Positions 1-9,173 of a stretch of DNA of 64,000 nucleotides are shown in pieces. A program made the position numbers and the translations under genes. The stretch's first letter is position 1, and each line of letters starts with the position of its first letter. Source of the DNA: an uncultured Spirochaetota bacterium (GTDB lineage: Bacteria > Spirochaetota > Brevinematia > Brevinematales > JAOACQ01); contig CAVYGN010000001.1 of NCBI GenBank assembly GCA_963768055.1, positions 1,728,001 to 1,792,000 on the forward strand. The letters run 5' to 3'. A model generated the notes under the pieces. The model was given only the letters and a program-made list of their open reading frames with translations, ran no database searches and was not told the origin of the DNA.

Positions 1-452
1 TCAGGCCGGTTTCGTTTATGCCCAATTATGAAGAACCGCATACACGGGATTCCATCCTGGGGGGTAAATTCAGGTCGCCTTATCCGGAAAATACAAGGGT
101 CCAGCTTCTTGCGCTCGAAGATCTGGGAGCTTTTGCTAATATAGCCCTGGAAAATCCCGTAGAATATATCGGTAAGGAGATAGAACTGGCCAGCGACGAA
201 TTGACGATAAGTCAGGTTGCAGATTCATTTTCAATGATCCTTGGGCAGACGGTCAGGTATGAGAATATACCCCTTGAGGATATAAGAAAACAAATGGGCG
301 ACGATTATTATAAAATGACCAAGTGGGGCATTGAAAACGGCTTCAAAGCCGATATCGGGTCTTTGAAAAAAATCTACCCGAAGCTTACATCCTTCGACAG
401 CTGGCTTCGTAAACATGAATGGAACAGGCTGAGAATCTATAGAGCAGCATAA
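1..452 (+). CDS. NmrA/HSCARG family NAD(P)-binding protein, 5'-truncated by window edge
   Basis: Frame is open back to the window start (RPVSFMPN, like the NmrA RPxxFMEN motif); EDLGAF, IELASDELT and C-terminal LTSFDSWL pattern. Confidence 0.8.
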   Translation, partial: RPVSFMPNYEEPHTRDSILGGKFRSPYPENTRVQLLALEDLGAFANIALENPVEYIGKEIELASDELTISQVADSFSMILGQTVRYENIPLEDIRKQMGDDYYKMTKWGIENGFKADIGSLKKIYPKLTSFDSWLRKHEWNRLRIYRAA

Positions 453-487
453 AATAAAAATTTTCCTTCCCTCACCGGTTTGTCTGG

Positions 488-2158
488 CTAGGGACTGGGT
501 TTCGAATTATATAAATCCTTTTCCCTATCTATAAATTTATGAAATAAGATTTCACGCTTGTCCGGCGCAAGCCTTTTATTTTCTTTAACCAACTGTCCTG
601 ATGTGAAAAGGAAATACTCCAAAGCACTTTCAGTATTATTATAATTGCTTCCCCTAGCCCTTAAAGCCTTTATCTTTAAAGACATTGCCAGAATCGCAAA
701 CAAAATTACGCTGATATTTGTAAGCCTTCTCAGCAGGTACTCCATGTCAGGCATATTTTTCATATGTTTTAACAATGCGGATATAAACAGTTTCCGGAAA
801 GTCAGCGCGTATGACTTCACCTTTCTGAGAGATTTCCTGACGATTCGATCCGGATCGGCTGTGCTCCAAAGCGACAGGGCATAGCGAAGTCCGGCGAGGT
901 CCAGAAGGCGGAAAGGAAACGGCCTGCCTTTTATAAATACTTTTTTTACGACATTCCGGAGAAGTGAAATCGGGGGATAAATGGAATGTATCTCCGTAGT
1001 GCCTTCGAAAATAGTTGTAACACGGCTGTCCCTCAGCCTTTTTTCATAAGGCTGCGTCTTCAAATAACCGGAACCTCCCGCCGTCTGCATAGCTTCGTAT
1101 AAAGAATTCCAGGCCCTGGTTGTCCCGTAAAGCTTGCAGTGCGCCGTCTCTATCGGGACATATGCCCTGGGATCGGCCTCGAGAAGACCGGCGGTGAGAT
1201 TCGTCATCGCCCAGACGGCTTCGTTTTCCATGAATGCGACAGCAATCTTTTCCTGTATAAGTTCGTATTCGATGATCGGCCTTTCGAATTGAACGCGCGA
1301 CATTGCCCTTTTAAGCATGTCCTGATACGAAGCCTCCAGCGCGCCTGAGGATGAAGCTCCTAGCGCCAGCCTGCCGTAATTCAGAACTTCCATTGCAATT
1401 TTAAATCCGTCTCCCGGATTTCCTATCAGGTTTTCTGCGGGAACCCGGACGTCCTTAAAAAAGATCGATGCTGTGGAACTTGCATCGAGCCCCATTTTTT
1501 CCATATCGGCTCCAATGGACACCCCTTTCCATGACGTTTCAACGATAAAGGCCCCGAGCCGGCCTTTTTTGTTTTTATCCATTTGTGCAAAAACGGTCAG
1601 TCCCCCTGAGTAATTAGCGTTAGTAATGAAAGTTTTAGTTCCGTTCAAAATATAATATTTCCCATCCTCAGCGAGTTCGGCCGTCGTATTGATATTCTTC
1701 GCATCGGAGCCGATCAGCGGTTCTGTAAGAGCGTAACAGAAAATCATGCCGCCTGAAGCGGCCTGCGGCAGGTATTTATTTTTCTGTTCCTCGCTTCCGT
1801 ACAGCTGTATCGCCTTCATGCCAATTGAAAGGTGGGCTATCGAGATAAGCGCAACGGCCGTATCGAATCTTACAATTTCCCTGATTACCGCCAGGTATTG
1901 GCGAAGCGTAAGTCCGACCCCTCCATATTCTCCGGCTATTGTCAGGCCGAAAAAACCTATCTCGCCTAACTTTTTTAACAGCCCGGCGGGGGCCTTGCCC
2001 ATTTTTTCCAGTTCGCCCGGAGGATAAGCCTTACTGACCTCTTCATATTTCCTGACGATGCTTTTCACTTCAGGATCGTCCATCGATGATTCCGAATATT
2101 CCTCTAAATGCATGAATTTACCAAAGTAAAGGTTTTCAAGAAATGAATCGAATTTCAT
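488..2158 (-). CDS. Acyl-CoA dehydrogenase (ACAD9/VLCAD-like, FadE)
   Basis: YALTEPLIGSD, LNGTKTFITN, KMGL, GGSGY and IFEGTTEI motifs; last gene of fad operon. Confidence 0.92.
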   Translation of the reverse strand: MKFDSFLENLYFGKFMHLEEYSESSMDDPEVKSIVRKYEEVSKAYPPGELEKMGKAPAGLLKKLGEIGFFGLTIAGEYGGVGLTLRQYLAVIREIVRFDTAVALISIAHLSIGMKAIQLYGSEEQKNKYLPQAASGGMIFCYALTEPLIGSDAKNINTTAELAEDGKYYILNGTKTFITNANYSGGLTVFAQMDKNKKGRLGAFIVETSWKGVSIGADMEKMGLDASSTASIFFKDVRVPAENLIGNPGDGFKIAMEVLNYGRLALGASSSGALEASYQDMLKRAMSRVQFERPIIEYELIQEKIAVAFMENEAVWAMTNLTAGLLEADPRAYVPIETAHCKLYGTTRAWNSLYEAMQTAGGSGYLKTQPYEKRLRDSRVTTIFEGTTEIHSIYPPISLLRNVVKKVFIKGRPFPFRLLDLAGLRYALSLWSTADPDRIVRKSLRKVKSYALTFRKLFISALLKHMKNMPDMEYLLRRLTNISVILFAILAMSLKIKALRARGSNYNNTESALEYFLFTSGQLVKENKRLAPDKREILFHKFIDREKDLYNSKPSP

Positions 2159-4308
2159 TGATAGAACCTCCCTTTTTTTCCTTGCAATTCAAGAATCAGG
2201 GGGGCGCTTTTAAAGCGCTGTCCGAAACTCTCTTCAAGTTCCCGGAGCCTTGCGGAAATCCTGTCGACACCCATTTCATCGGCGGTGCGCAGGAGCCCTC
2301 CCCTGAAGGGAGGAAAACCGGTGCCTAAAATCAGGGCCATATCCAGAAACCCAGGGTTTTCAACAATTTTTTCACCGAGGCAGTAAGCGGCCTCGTTAAT
2401 CATCCTGAGAATGCATCGTTCGGCTATTTCATCCCCGGTTACTTTGTTATTTCTATCTATCCCCATTTCTTTCAGTATTTCATATATTATCGGGTTAGGC
2501 TTTTTTCTGCCGTTGTCATAAAGGTAAAAACCGGATTTCCCGGCCCTGCCGATGAGCTCGTTCCTTAAAACAAATTCAGGCATTAATCTACTTTTGACGG
2601 CCCGGTCGGGATAAGCGTTCTCGAGTATTATCGCAACCTTGATCGCCGTCCTGATCCCTATCTCATCCATAAGTGTAAAGGGGCCCATCGGCATACCGTA
2701 ATTATAGACCGACGAATCGATCTTATTGAATTCAATCCCCTCCTCCATCATCATTACCGCTTCCGAAAGGTAAGCCATGAGTATCCTGTTCACAAGGAAA
2801 CCGCTGGAATCCGATACCAGGACCGGAATCTTTTTCATATATTTCGCCAGGTTTATCATCTTGAACAGGGCAAGGTCGGATGTTTTTTCACCGCGGACAA
2901 CCTCGATCAGGGGCATCCTGTTTACCGGATTGAATAGATGAAAACCAAGGAATCTGTCGGGGTGTTTCAATGCTGCGGACAAATCCCTGATTGAAAATGA
3001 CGATGTGTTAGTGGCTATGACCGTATCTTCTCTGACATGGTCTTCGAGTTCCCTCAGCGTCTTTAACTTTTCATCCTTGTCCTCTATTATGGCCTCTATT
3101 ACAACATCGGTGTTTAAAAACCCCGAGTAATCGACTGTACCTGATACCATCTGCATCTTCAGGCCCGCTTCGCGGTCGTCCAGTTTTCGCCTTTTTTCAA
3201 GCTCGTTGTATATATCTCGGACAGCCTTGAAACCGGCCGCTACGTATTGCCAGGAAATATCTTTCATCCTGACATGGATCCCGGAGTTAGAAAAAAGCCA
3301 TGCGATTGCGCCCCCCATCTTTCCAGCCCCCAGTACGCCAGCTGTTTTTATACGGCTGTTCTCGAGCTTTCCGGCGATTACGGCGGGCGGCTTAAACCCC
3401 TTTTTAAGCTCCTCGTTTAAAAAGTAGATATCTATAAGTTTTTTCGCCTGGGGCGAGGCGGCCAGTTTTGAGAAAGCCCTTCTTTCAGACATAAGCGCAT
3501 AGTTGATTTTTTTATTATAATTTTTAAAGATCGTTTTCAGGGCAAGAAGCGGCGCCTCGTAAAATCCCCTTGTCTTTTTTAAAAGTTCCTTTTTAGCCCT
3601 GCCGTAAATAAATGCCCGTCCGAGAAAGTTATCCTCCATGATCTTTTCAGATAAAGACTTTTTTTGTTTTCTCCCTCTCGTTTTAAACTTTTTAAAAGAA
3701 AGGATCCTTTTAATGAATTCGTTTGTCTTATCATCGAGGAAGGCCTCCGGATAGAGTGCGTCGGCAAGGCCGTAACGAAGGGCCTCTTTTCCGCTTACGC
3801 TCCTTCCGGGAAGTATCATGCCTATTCCCTTCACCAGGCCTATCAGCCTGGGAAGCCTGTAAGAGCCCCCGAAACCGGGCATAATTCCAAGAGTGGTTTC
3901 AGGCAGGCCGAGCCGGGTCGATGGATTATCGGAAACGATCCGGTAATCGCAAGCCAGCGCGAGTTCCAGGCCTCCGCCGAGGCATGCACCGTTTATCACG
4001 CATACCGTGGCAAAAGGCAGGCCTGCTATTTTATTAAATAATTCCTGGCCGAGCCTGGATTTATCCTCCGCTTCATCCGCTGATTTAATATTTTTTATCT
4101 CCCTGATATCTGCTCCGGCTATGAATACGCCCTTAGCGCTTTTAAATACCAATAATTTTATGCCGATTGAGGATGCGGCTTCCGTTATTATCCCGTCAAG
4201 CGCTTCCATTACGCCGTTTGTAAGGATGTTGACCTTTTCTACCGGATCATTGAAAACTACCTCGGCGATCCCATCGCTTATGACTTTGTAGCTGACGGCG
4301 CTTTCCAT
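2155..4308 (-). CDS. fadJ: Fatty-acid oxidation complex alpha subunit (enoyl-CoA hydratase / 3-hydroxyacyl-CoA dehydrogenase, FadJ/FadB-like)
   Basis: N-terminal crotonase (FIAGADI, CLGGGLELALAC, PETTLG) plus Rossmann GAGKMG, ATNTSS, GFHLFNPV, PMGPF. Confidence 0.9.
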   Translation of the reverse strand: MESAVSYKVISDGIAEVVFNDPVEKVNILTNGVMEALDGIITEAASSIGIKLLVFKSAKGVFIAGADIREIKNIKSADEAEDKSRLGQELFNKIAGLPFATVCVINGACLGGGLELALACDYRIVSDNPSTRLGLPETTLGIMPGFGGSYRLPRLIGLVKGIGMILPGRSVSGKEALRYGLADALYPEAFLDDKTNEFIKRILSFKKFKTRGRKQKKSLSEKIMEDNFLGRAFIYGRAKKELLKKTRGFYEAPLLALKTIFKNYNKKINYALMSERRAFSKLAASPQAKKLIDIYFLNEELKKGFKPPAVIAGKLENSRIKTAGVLGAGKMGGAIAWLFSNSGIHVRMKDISWQYVAAGFKAVRDIYNELEKRRKLDDREAGLKMQMVSGTVDYSGFLNTDVVIEAIIEDKDEKLKTLRELEDHVREDTVIATNTSSFSIRDLSAALKHPDRFLGFHLFNPVNRMPLIEVVRGEKTSDLALFKMINLAKYMKKIPVLVSDSSGFLVNRILMAYLSEAVMMMEEGIEFNKIDSSVYNYGMPMGPFTLMDEIGIRTAIKVAIILENAYPDRAVKSRLMPEFVLRNELIGRAGKSGFYLYDNGRKKPNPIIYEILKEMGIDRNNKVTGDEIAERCILRMINEAAYCLGEKIVENPGFLDMALILGTGFPPFRGGLLRTADEMGVDRISARLRELEESFGQRFKSAPLILELQGKKGRFYQ

Positions 4309-5603
4309 TATGAAACCTCCAGCAGAAGGGCCGCACCCTGTCCACCGCCCACGCAGAGGGTGGCAAGCCCGGTATTTTTTCCCCTTCTTTTTAATTCCTT
4401 CAGGGTATGTATTACAAGCCTTGTTCCCGTCATTCCGACAGGATGGCCCAGCGCTATCGCGCCTCCGTTGACGTTAAAGATGTCGCGTTTAAGTTCACCG
4501 AGTTCATCGGCCCGGCCGAGGAATTTTTTCGCGAATTCTTTTGAAGAAAAAGCTATTTCGTTTGCTATGATCTGTGCGGCGAAGGCTTCGTTTATCTCTA
4601 TAAGTTCAAAATCCTTCATACTTACATGGGTTTTTTCAACGAGCTTTGAAACAGCGTATGCCGGCCCCAGCCCCATCCTCTCCGGTTCAAGGGACGCATA
4701 GGCGTATTCCCTGAGAAACCCCAATGGAGTCAGGCCCCTTTCCTTCGCTTTTTTTTCGCTCATAACTACCACTGCCGCGGCGCCGTCCGTCAGAGGGCAG
4801 GAATTTCCTACCGTAACAGTGCCGTTATACCGGTCGAAATATGGTTTGAGCCTGGCGAGAGCTTCCAGAGTCTGGTTTTCCCTTGGGCCGCTGTCTGTCG
4901 TTATTACTGTTTTATAGTCCGGAGGCATTGGAATGGGAACGATCTCTTCATTCATTATTCCCTCTTTTATAGCCCTCACCGCCCTTTGATGGCTCAAGAG
5001 GGCGAATTCGTCCTGGGCCTTCCGGGTAATGTGAAATTCCCTGGCGAGAACTTCCGCCGTCGAACCCATTATAAGCCCGCTGACAGGGTCCGTAAGGCCC
5101 TGGATCACGCCGATATCAGGACGTAAAAAAGAAGGCCGGAAACTCAGGAATACACCGAGTTTTTGATAAATTGTTTTCGACTTTGCAAGCGAATTGAAAA
5201 ACCCGGCCATTTTTCCGTTAAAAAGATACGGAATATTGCTCATCGATTCCGTCCCGCCGGCCACTATTATAGAGGCCTCTCCTGCCAGTATTTTATTGGC
5301 GGCGGTCGTGATGGACTCCATGCCGGAAGCGCAGTTCCTGTGCACCGTGTAAGCAGGAACGCTGACCGGCAGGCCTGCTTTTAAAGCCGCTACGCGCGAT
5401 ATATTAGCCGCTGTAGCCGGCTGGGCGACATTTCCCAGTATCAGCTCATCGATTTCACCGGGCATGATTTCGGACCTGTAAAGCACTTCTTTTATAACCG
5501 AAACAGCCAGATCGTCGGCGCTTATGCTCTTAAGCCTTCCTCCGGCTTTATCCATCGGGGTTCTCACCCCGTCTATTATCGCAATCCTCTGGTTCATTGT
5601 CAT
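4308..5603 (-). CDS. Acetyl-CoA C-acyltransferase (3-ketoacyl-CoA thiolase, FadI/FadA-like)
   Basis: NCASG catalytic Cys, NEAFA, GHPVGMTG, CVGGGQG. Confidence 0.93.
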   Translation of the reverse strand: MTMNQRIAIIDGVRTPMDKAGGRLKSISADDLAVSVIKEVLYRSEIMPGEIDELILGNVAQPATAANISRVAALKAGLPVSVPAYTVHRNCASGMESITTAANKILAGEASIIVAGGTESMSNIPYLFNGKMAGFFNSLAKSKTIYQKLGVFLSFRPSFLRPDIGVIQGLTDPVSGLIMGSTAEVLAREFHITRKAQDEFALLSHQRAVRAIKEGIMNEEIVPIPMPPDYKTVITTDSGPRENQTLEALARLKPYFDRYNGTVTVGNSCPLTDGAAAVVVMSEKKAKERGLTPLGFLREYAYASLEPERMGLGPAYAVSKLVEKTHVSMKDFELIEINEAFAAQIIANEIAFSSKEFAKKFLGRADELGELKRDIFNVNGGAIALGHPVGMTGTRLVIHTLKELKRRGKNTGLATLCVGGGQGAALLLEVS

Positions 5604-5614
5604 GCTCCCTTATT

Positions 5615-7366
5615 TTATGAATACATAGCATCGATTTCCTTTTTATATTTCCGTTCGATTATTTCCCGCCTTATCTTAAGCGTAGGGGTTAGTTCTCCTG
5701 TCTCTATGGATATCGGCGATTTTATGATCGTGAATTTCTGGACTTCTTCCGTATGGTGAAGATGAGTATTCATTTTTTCAATAAAATCCCGGACTTTTTT
5801 ACGGATAATCTCGCTATCCAGGAATTCTTCAGTCGAGGATCCGGCAAACCCGTTTTCTTTCTGCAGTTTCTTTACCTTTTCTATATTCGGGAAGATAAGA
5901 CAGCTTACAAACTTCCTGTTATCGGCAATAACCACGGCTGTATCGACCAGGTCGAGCTTCAGAAGGGCCGATTCGATCGGGATAGGGGGCACGTATTCTC
6001 CCGTCGATTTTTTAAAAAGCTCCTTCTTTCTTCCTACAATTTTAAGATAACCCTTCTCGTCGAAAGCCCCCAGATCTCCGGTATGCAGAAAACCATCTTT
6101 ATCGAGGGACTTTTCAGTTTCTTCCCTGTTATTAAGATATCCCATCATCACGTTCGGGCCCCTGGCGAGGATTTCCCCGTCCCCGGCAATTTTAACCGTC
6201 ACAGATGGGAAAGGCATGCCGACCGTTCCGAGTTTATGGTTTTCGACACTGTTTGCCGCTATAACGGGTGAGGCCTCTGTCAAGCCGTAGCCTTCATAAA
6301 TAGTAAGCCCGATATTTATAAAAAAACGCCCGATATCGTAAGGCATCGGCGCGGCTCCCGAGATGACGAAACGGAAATTCCCTCCCAGTGCCTCGTATAA
6401 CCTTGAATAAACAAGCTTTTTATATATAAAATCAAGGACATTTCTTGAAGAGGATTCCGCGTCCCTGGTTTCCGCCCTTGCGAATGCGGCCATTGCTATG
6501 GCCTTTTTAAGACCGCGGCTTTCAAGGGCGGTACTTTTCATCTTTTCATATATTTTTTCGAGGAGCCTTGGAACGACCGTCATCAGAGTCGGCTTAACGT
6601 CTCTTACTAAATCCCCGATCTTGTTGAGATCGTCCACGAAATATACGGGCAGGCCTCTCGAGAAGTAAAAATAAATGACCATTCTCTCGAAAATATGGGC
6701 AAGAGGCAGCGACGTTAGCGCCCTGTCTTCGCCGGCTTCCATGCTGAAAACCTGCGCCGCGGCTTTAACCTGGGAAATGATATTGCGGTGCGTCAGCATT
6801 ACGCCCTTCGGGATTCCCATACTGCCGCTGGTATAGATAATCGTAAAAAGATCGTCCTCTCCGGGGTTTGCAAATCCTTCCTTTTGCCGGCTTGCTTTAG
6901 AACCGGAATTGACGACGTCATCAAATGTGACGGCTATACTGTCTTTTTTATTGAAACCGATGGTCACTATCTTTTTTAATTTTTTCCCGGCCGATCTGAC
7001 CGGTTCATATTCCTTTTCATCCCCTATAACGATTGTTTTTATTGCGGAATCCCTGAGTTCGAATTCAAGGTTTTCAGGCGAGATCCTGTTGAAAATGGGA
7101 ACCGTTACTCCTCCCGCCAGAGTTATCGCCAGGTCCGACATAACCCAGAAAGGCGATGAGGGCGCTATAAGCCCGATATGATCTCCCTTGTGGACGCCGA
7201 GCTCCTTGAGCCCAAGAGCAAGATTCTCTGTTTTTTTCACGAACTCTTCCGTCGAAATATTTATCCAGGAGTCATCTTTTCGGTAATTCAGAAGATCGGG
7301 CCTTACATGAGTTTCTTTGATAAAATAAAACAATTCAGGAAGGGTGTTATAAGTTTTCGATTCCAT
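5615..7366 (-). CDS. fadD: Long-chain fatty acid--CoA ligase
   Basis: YTSGSMGIPKG AMP-binding motif, EGYGLTE, TGDLG, ELTPTLK; start placed at ATG 7366 after GGAGG. Confidence 0.9.
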   Translation of the reverse strand: MESKTYNTLPELFYFIKETHVRPDLLNYRKDDSWINISTEEFVKKTENLALGLKELGVHKGDHIGLIAPSSPFWVMSDLAITLAGGVTVPIFNRISPENLEFELRDSAIKTIVIGDEKEYEPVRSAGKKLKKIVTIGFNKKDSIAVTFDDVVNSGSKASRQKEGFANPGEDDLFTIIYTSGSMGIPKGVMLTHRNIISQVKAAAQVFSMEAGEDRALTSLPLAHIFERMVIYFYFSRGLPVYFVDDLNKIGDLVRDVKPTLMTVVPRLLEKIYEKMKSTALESRGLKKAIAMAAFARAETRDAESSSRNVLDFIYKKLVYSRLYEALGGNFRFVISGAAPMPYDIGRFFINIGLTIYEGYGLTEASPVIAANSVENHKLGTVGMPFPSVTVKIAGDGEILARGPNVMMGYLNNREETEKSLDKDGFLHTGDLGAFDEKGYLKIVGRKKELFKKSTGEYVPPIPIESALLKLDLVDTAVVIADNRKFVSCLIFPNIEKVKKLQKENGFAGSSTEEFLDSEIIRKKVRDFIEKMNTHLHHTEEVQKFTIIKSPISIETGELTPTLKIRREIIERKYKKEIDAMYS

Positions 7367-7434
7367 ATATCCTCCCGCAGACATCGGCCTCTATTTACAA
7401 TATTAAAATAGTAAAAGAGGGATTCATAGTCAAA

Positions 7435-7544
7435 TCATGAAGCGGGAGTAATCCGGGATAAGTCGATTAATTTTCAGGGTCGAATGAACTCTGACCCGTC
7501 AATATCTGCAGATATTTTTCAGTCAAACGCTTGCATAAGATCAT
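7435..7544 (-). pseudogene. Probable degraded N-terminal remnant of a nitroreductase-family gene
   Basis: Strong RBS AAAGGAGGT then ATG; interrupted frames read ...DGSEFI...KLIDLSRITPAS*, resembling nitroreductase ELIDLARLxPSAxN; several stops and frameshifts. Confidence 0.3.
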
Positions 7545-7567
7545 ACCTCCTTTTTTTAATTCCAAAA

Positions 7568-7711
7568 TTATTTTCCGGATTTGACCGAAAATTTTCTTCC
7601 CTCTTTCCAGCAATTCCCGATCGGATTTCCAAGCGACCAGTATTTAACGCCGTTCATATCGAAAAGCAGCGGTTTGACCTTAGACAGGTCTATTTTGCCT
7701 GCAGTAAGAAT
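7568..7711 (-). pseudogene. C-terminal fragment of a flavin reductase / flavoredoxin-family gene, no start codon
   Basis: Translates ILTAGKIDLSKVKPLLFDMNGVKYWSLGNPIGNCWKEGRKFSVKSGK*, a typical flavoredoxin tail; an in-frame TAA lies just upstream. Confidence 0.65.
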
Positions 7712-7729
7712 ATAAAATTAGACGAAAAA

Positions 7730-8176
7730 CTATTCCTCTTCCGGTTTTCCTGTATTTCCTTCCAGCATTGTTGAAGCCCTGTCGATTCTTGAAATTAATT
7801 CACCGGCTTCGGTTTCTCCCAGAACGGCTATATACCGGTTGTGGAGATTTTCCCGGCACCGGAGGATTTCGCTGTCCAGAGACCGCCCTTTTTCCGTCGG
7901 AAAAACATTTTTAACTTTACCGTCTGTTTTCCGCCGGGCTAATCCCATATTTTCCAGCTTGTCGACAAACCTTGTTATAGTCGACGGTGTGAGCCTTGGC
8001 TGCTTCCCCAGTTCGATTTGTTTAATACCTTCCCGCCCGTTGATAATCATCAGCGCAAAAACGTATGATGGGGAAAGCCCGGTCTTCAGGAATTCCTCTT
8101 CGGCGATCCGGTTAGCTATATGCCCCAGCCTGTTTGCCGTAAAGTACATGCAATTGCAAAAATACTGTTCAACCAT
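7730..8176 (-). CDS. MarR-family transcriptional regulator
   Basis: CNCMYFTANRL, LTPSTITRFVDKLE..GL..R winged HTH; ATG 8176 after AAGGGG. Confidence 0.85.
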   Translation of the reverse strand: MVEQYFCNCMYFTANRLGHIANRIAEEEFLKTGLSPSYVFALMIINGREGIKQIELGKQPRLTPSTITRFVDKLENMGLARRKTDGKVKNVFPTEKGRSLDSEILRCRENLHNRYIAVLGETEAGELISRIDRASTMLEGNTGKPEEE

Positions 8177-8266
8177 TTTACCCCTTTGTTTGTACATACA
8201 ATTATATGTTATTTTCAAGCGTTAAATCAATACAAAATTACAACTTTAAAAATATTTATAAAATTA

Positions 8267-8295
8267 TTGACATTTATAAAAGTACTTTGTATAAT
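8267..8295 (+). promoter_or_regulatory. Consensus sigma70 promoter
   Basis: TTGACA(8267-8272)-17 nt-TATAAT(8290-8295). Confidence 0.8.
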
Positions 8296-8304
8296 AAAGT
8301 GCTG

Positions 8305-8610
8305 ATTACGAGGAGAAATTAAAAACCGATAGCACCGATAGGCATGGATTTGTTGCAAGGGACACATCCGAATCAAATTTTTTTAAAACTTAATGAGGTC
8401 AATGAAGCTGTAAATTTGTCAGGTGGAAAATATTACGAGTGGAGAATCCGATTCCTGCGGGGAGCTTTCTATATGAATCTTCCCGATTTATTTAAAAAAA
8501 GGGATACGGCAATCGACGATTTCAAATTTGTTAAAGCGGAATTTAATAAAAATACTAACAACCAGGATATTGAGAGGGTCATGGGAAAGGTTTATTCATA
8601 TCTTAAATAA
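8305..8610 (+). pseudogene. Truncated/frameshifted TPR-like hypothetical gene remnant
   Basis: IRFLRGAFYMNLPDLFKKRDTAIDDF looks like the C-terminal part of a TPR-like protein; the upstream frame (DYEEKLKTDST...) has no start; GAGGAG is not followed by a start codon. Confidence 0.4.
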
Positions 8611-8684
8611 TAACAAGGGCGGGGTATACCCGCCCTGAAAGGCGGATGCTTCTGCAGGATAATAAATTTAAAGGAGAGTTTAGC

Positions 8685-9155
8685 ATGATATTCTTACTAT
8701 TTTGGATCATCGGGTTGATTACCGGAATAACAACTACAATTTTAAATCCGTCATTGAGAGACATGACTTCGATATCGATAAATTTATTGTTTTATCAATT
8801 GACCTTGACAGTAACCATGTCCGGAATTTCAGGATTTTTCGGTCATGTATTCTTTTCAGACAAAATTGCAGAATCCATAGGCTGGCCCAAAGGCAATCTT
8901 TTCCAAAAAGAGCTGGGTTTTGCAGAATTAGGTTATATTATTTTAGGAATTCTATGCAATTATTTCAGGGGAAACTTCTGGCTTGCGTCAATTATCGCCT
9001 TTTCTTCACTGTTTTTAGGAGCAGCTATCATTCATATTATTGAAATGATCCTGAAAAAGAATTTTAAGCCCAATAATGCGATTGTTGTTATTCCGGATTT
9101 ATTAATACCGGCCACCCTGATAATTCTATCGATAACAGCTAATTTATGGAAATAA
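8685..9155 (+). CDS. Integral membrane protein (DUF6790-like)
   Basis: Several hydrophobic helices, GHVF..IAESIGW..GNLFQKELGFAELG signature; RBS GGAGAG before ATG 8685. Confidence 0.7.
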   Translation: MIFLLFWIIGLITGITTTILNPSLRDMTSISINLLFYQLTLTVTMSGISGFFGHVFFSDKIAESIGWPKGNLFQKELGFAELGYIILGILCNYFRGNFWLASIIAFSSLFLGAAIIHIIEMILKKNFKPNNAIVVIPDLLIPATLIILSITANLWK

Positions 9156-9173
9156 TATCCATATAGGCCGGCC

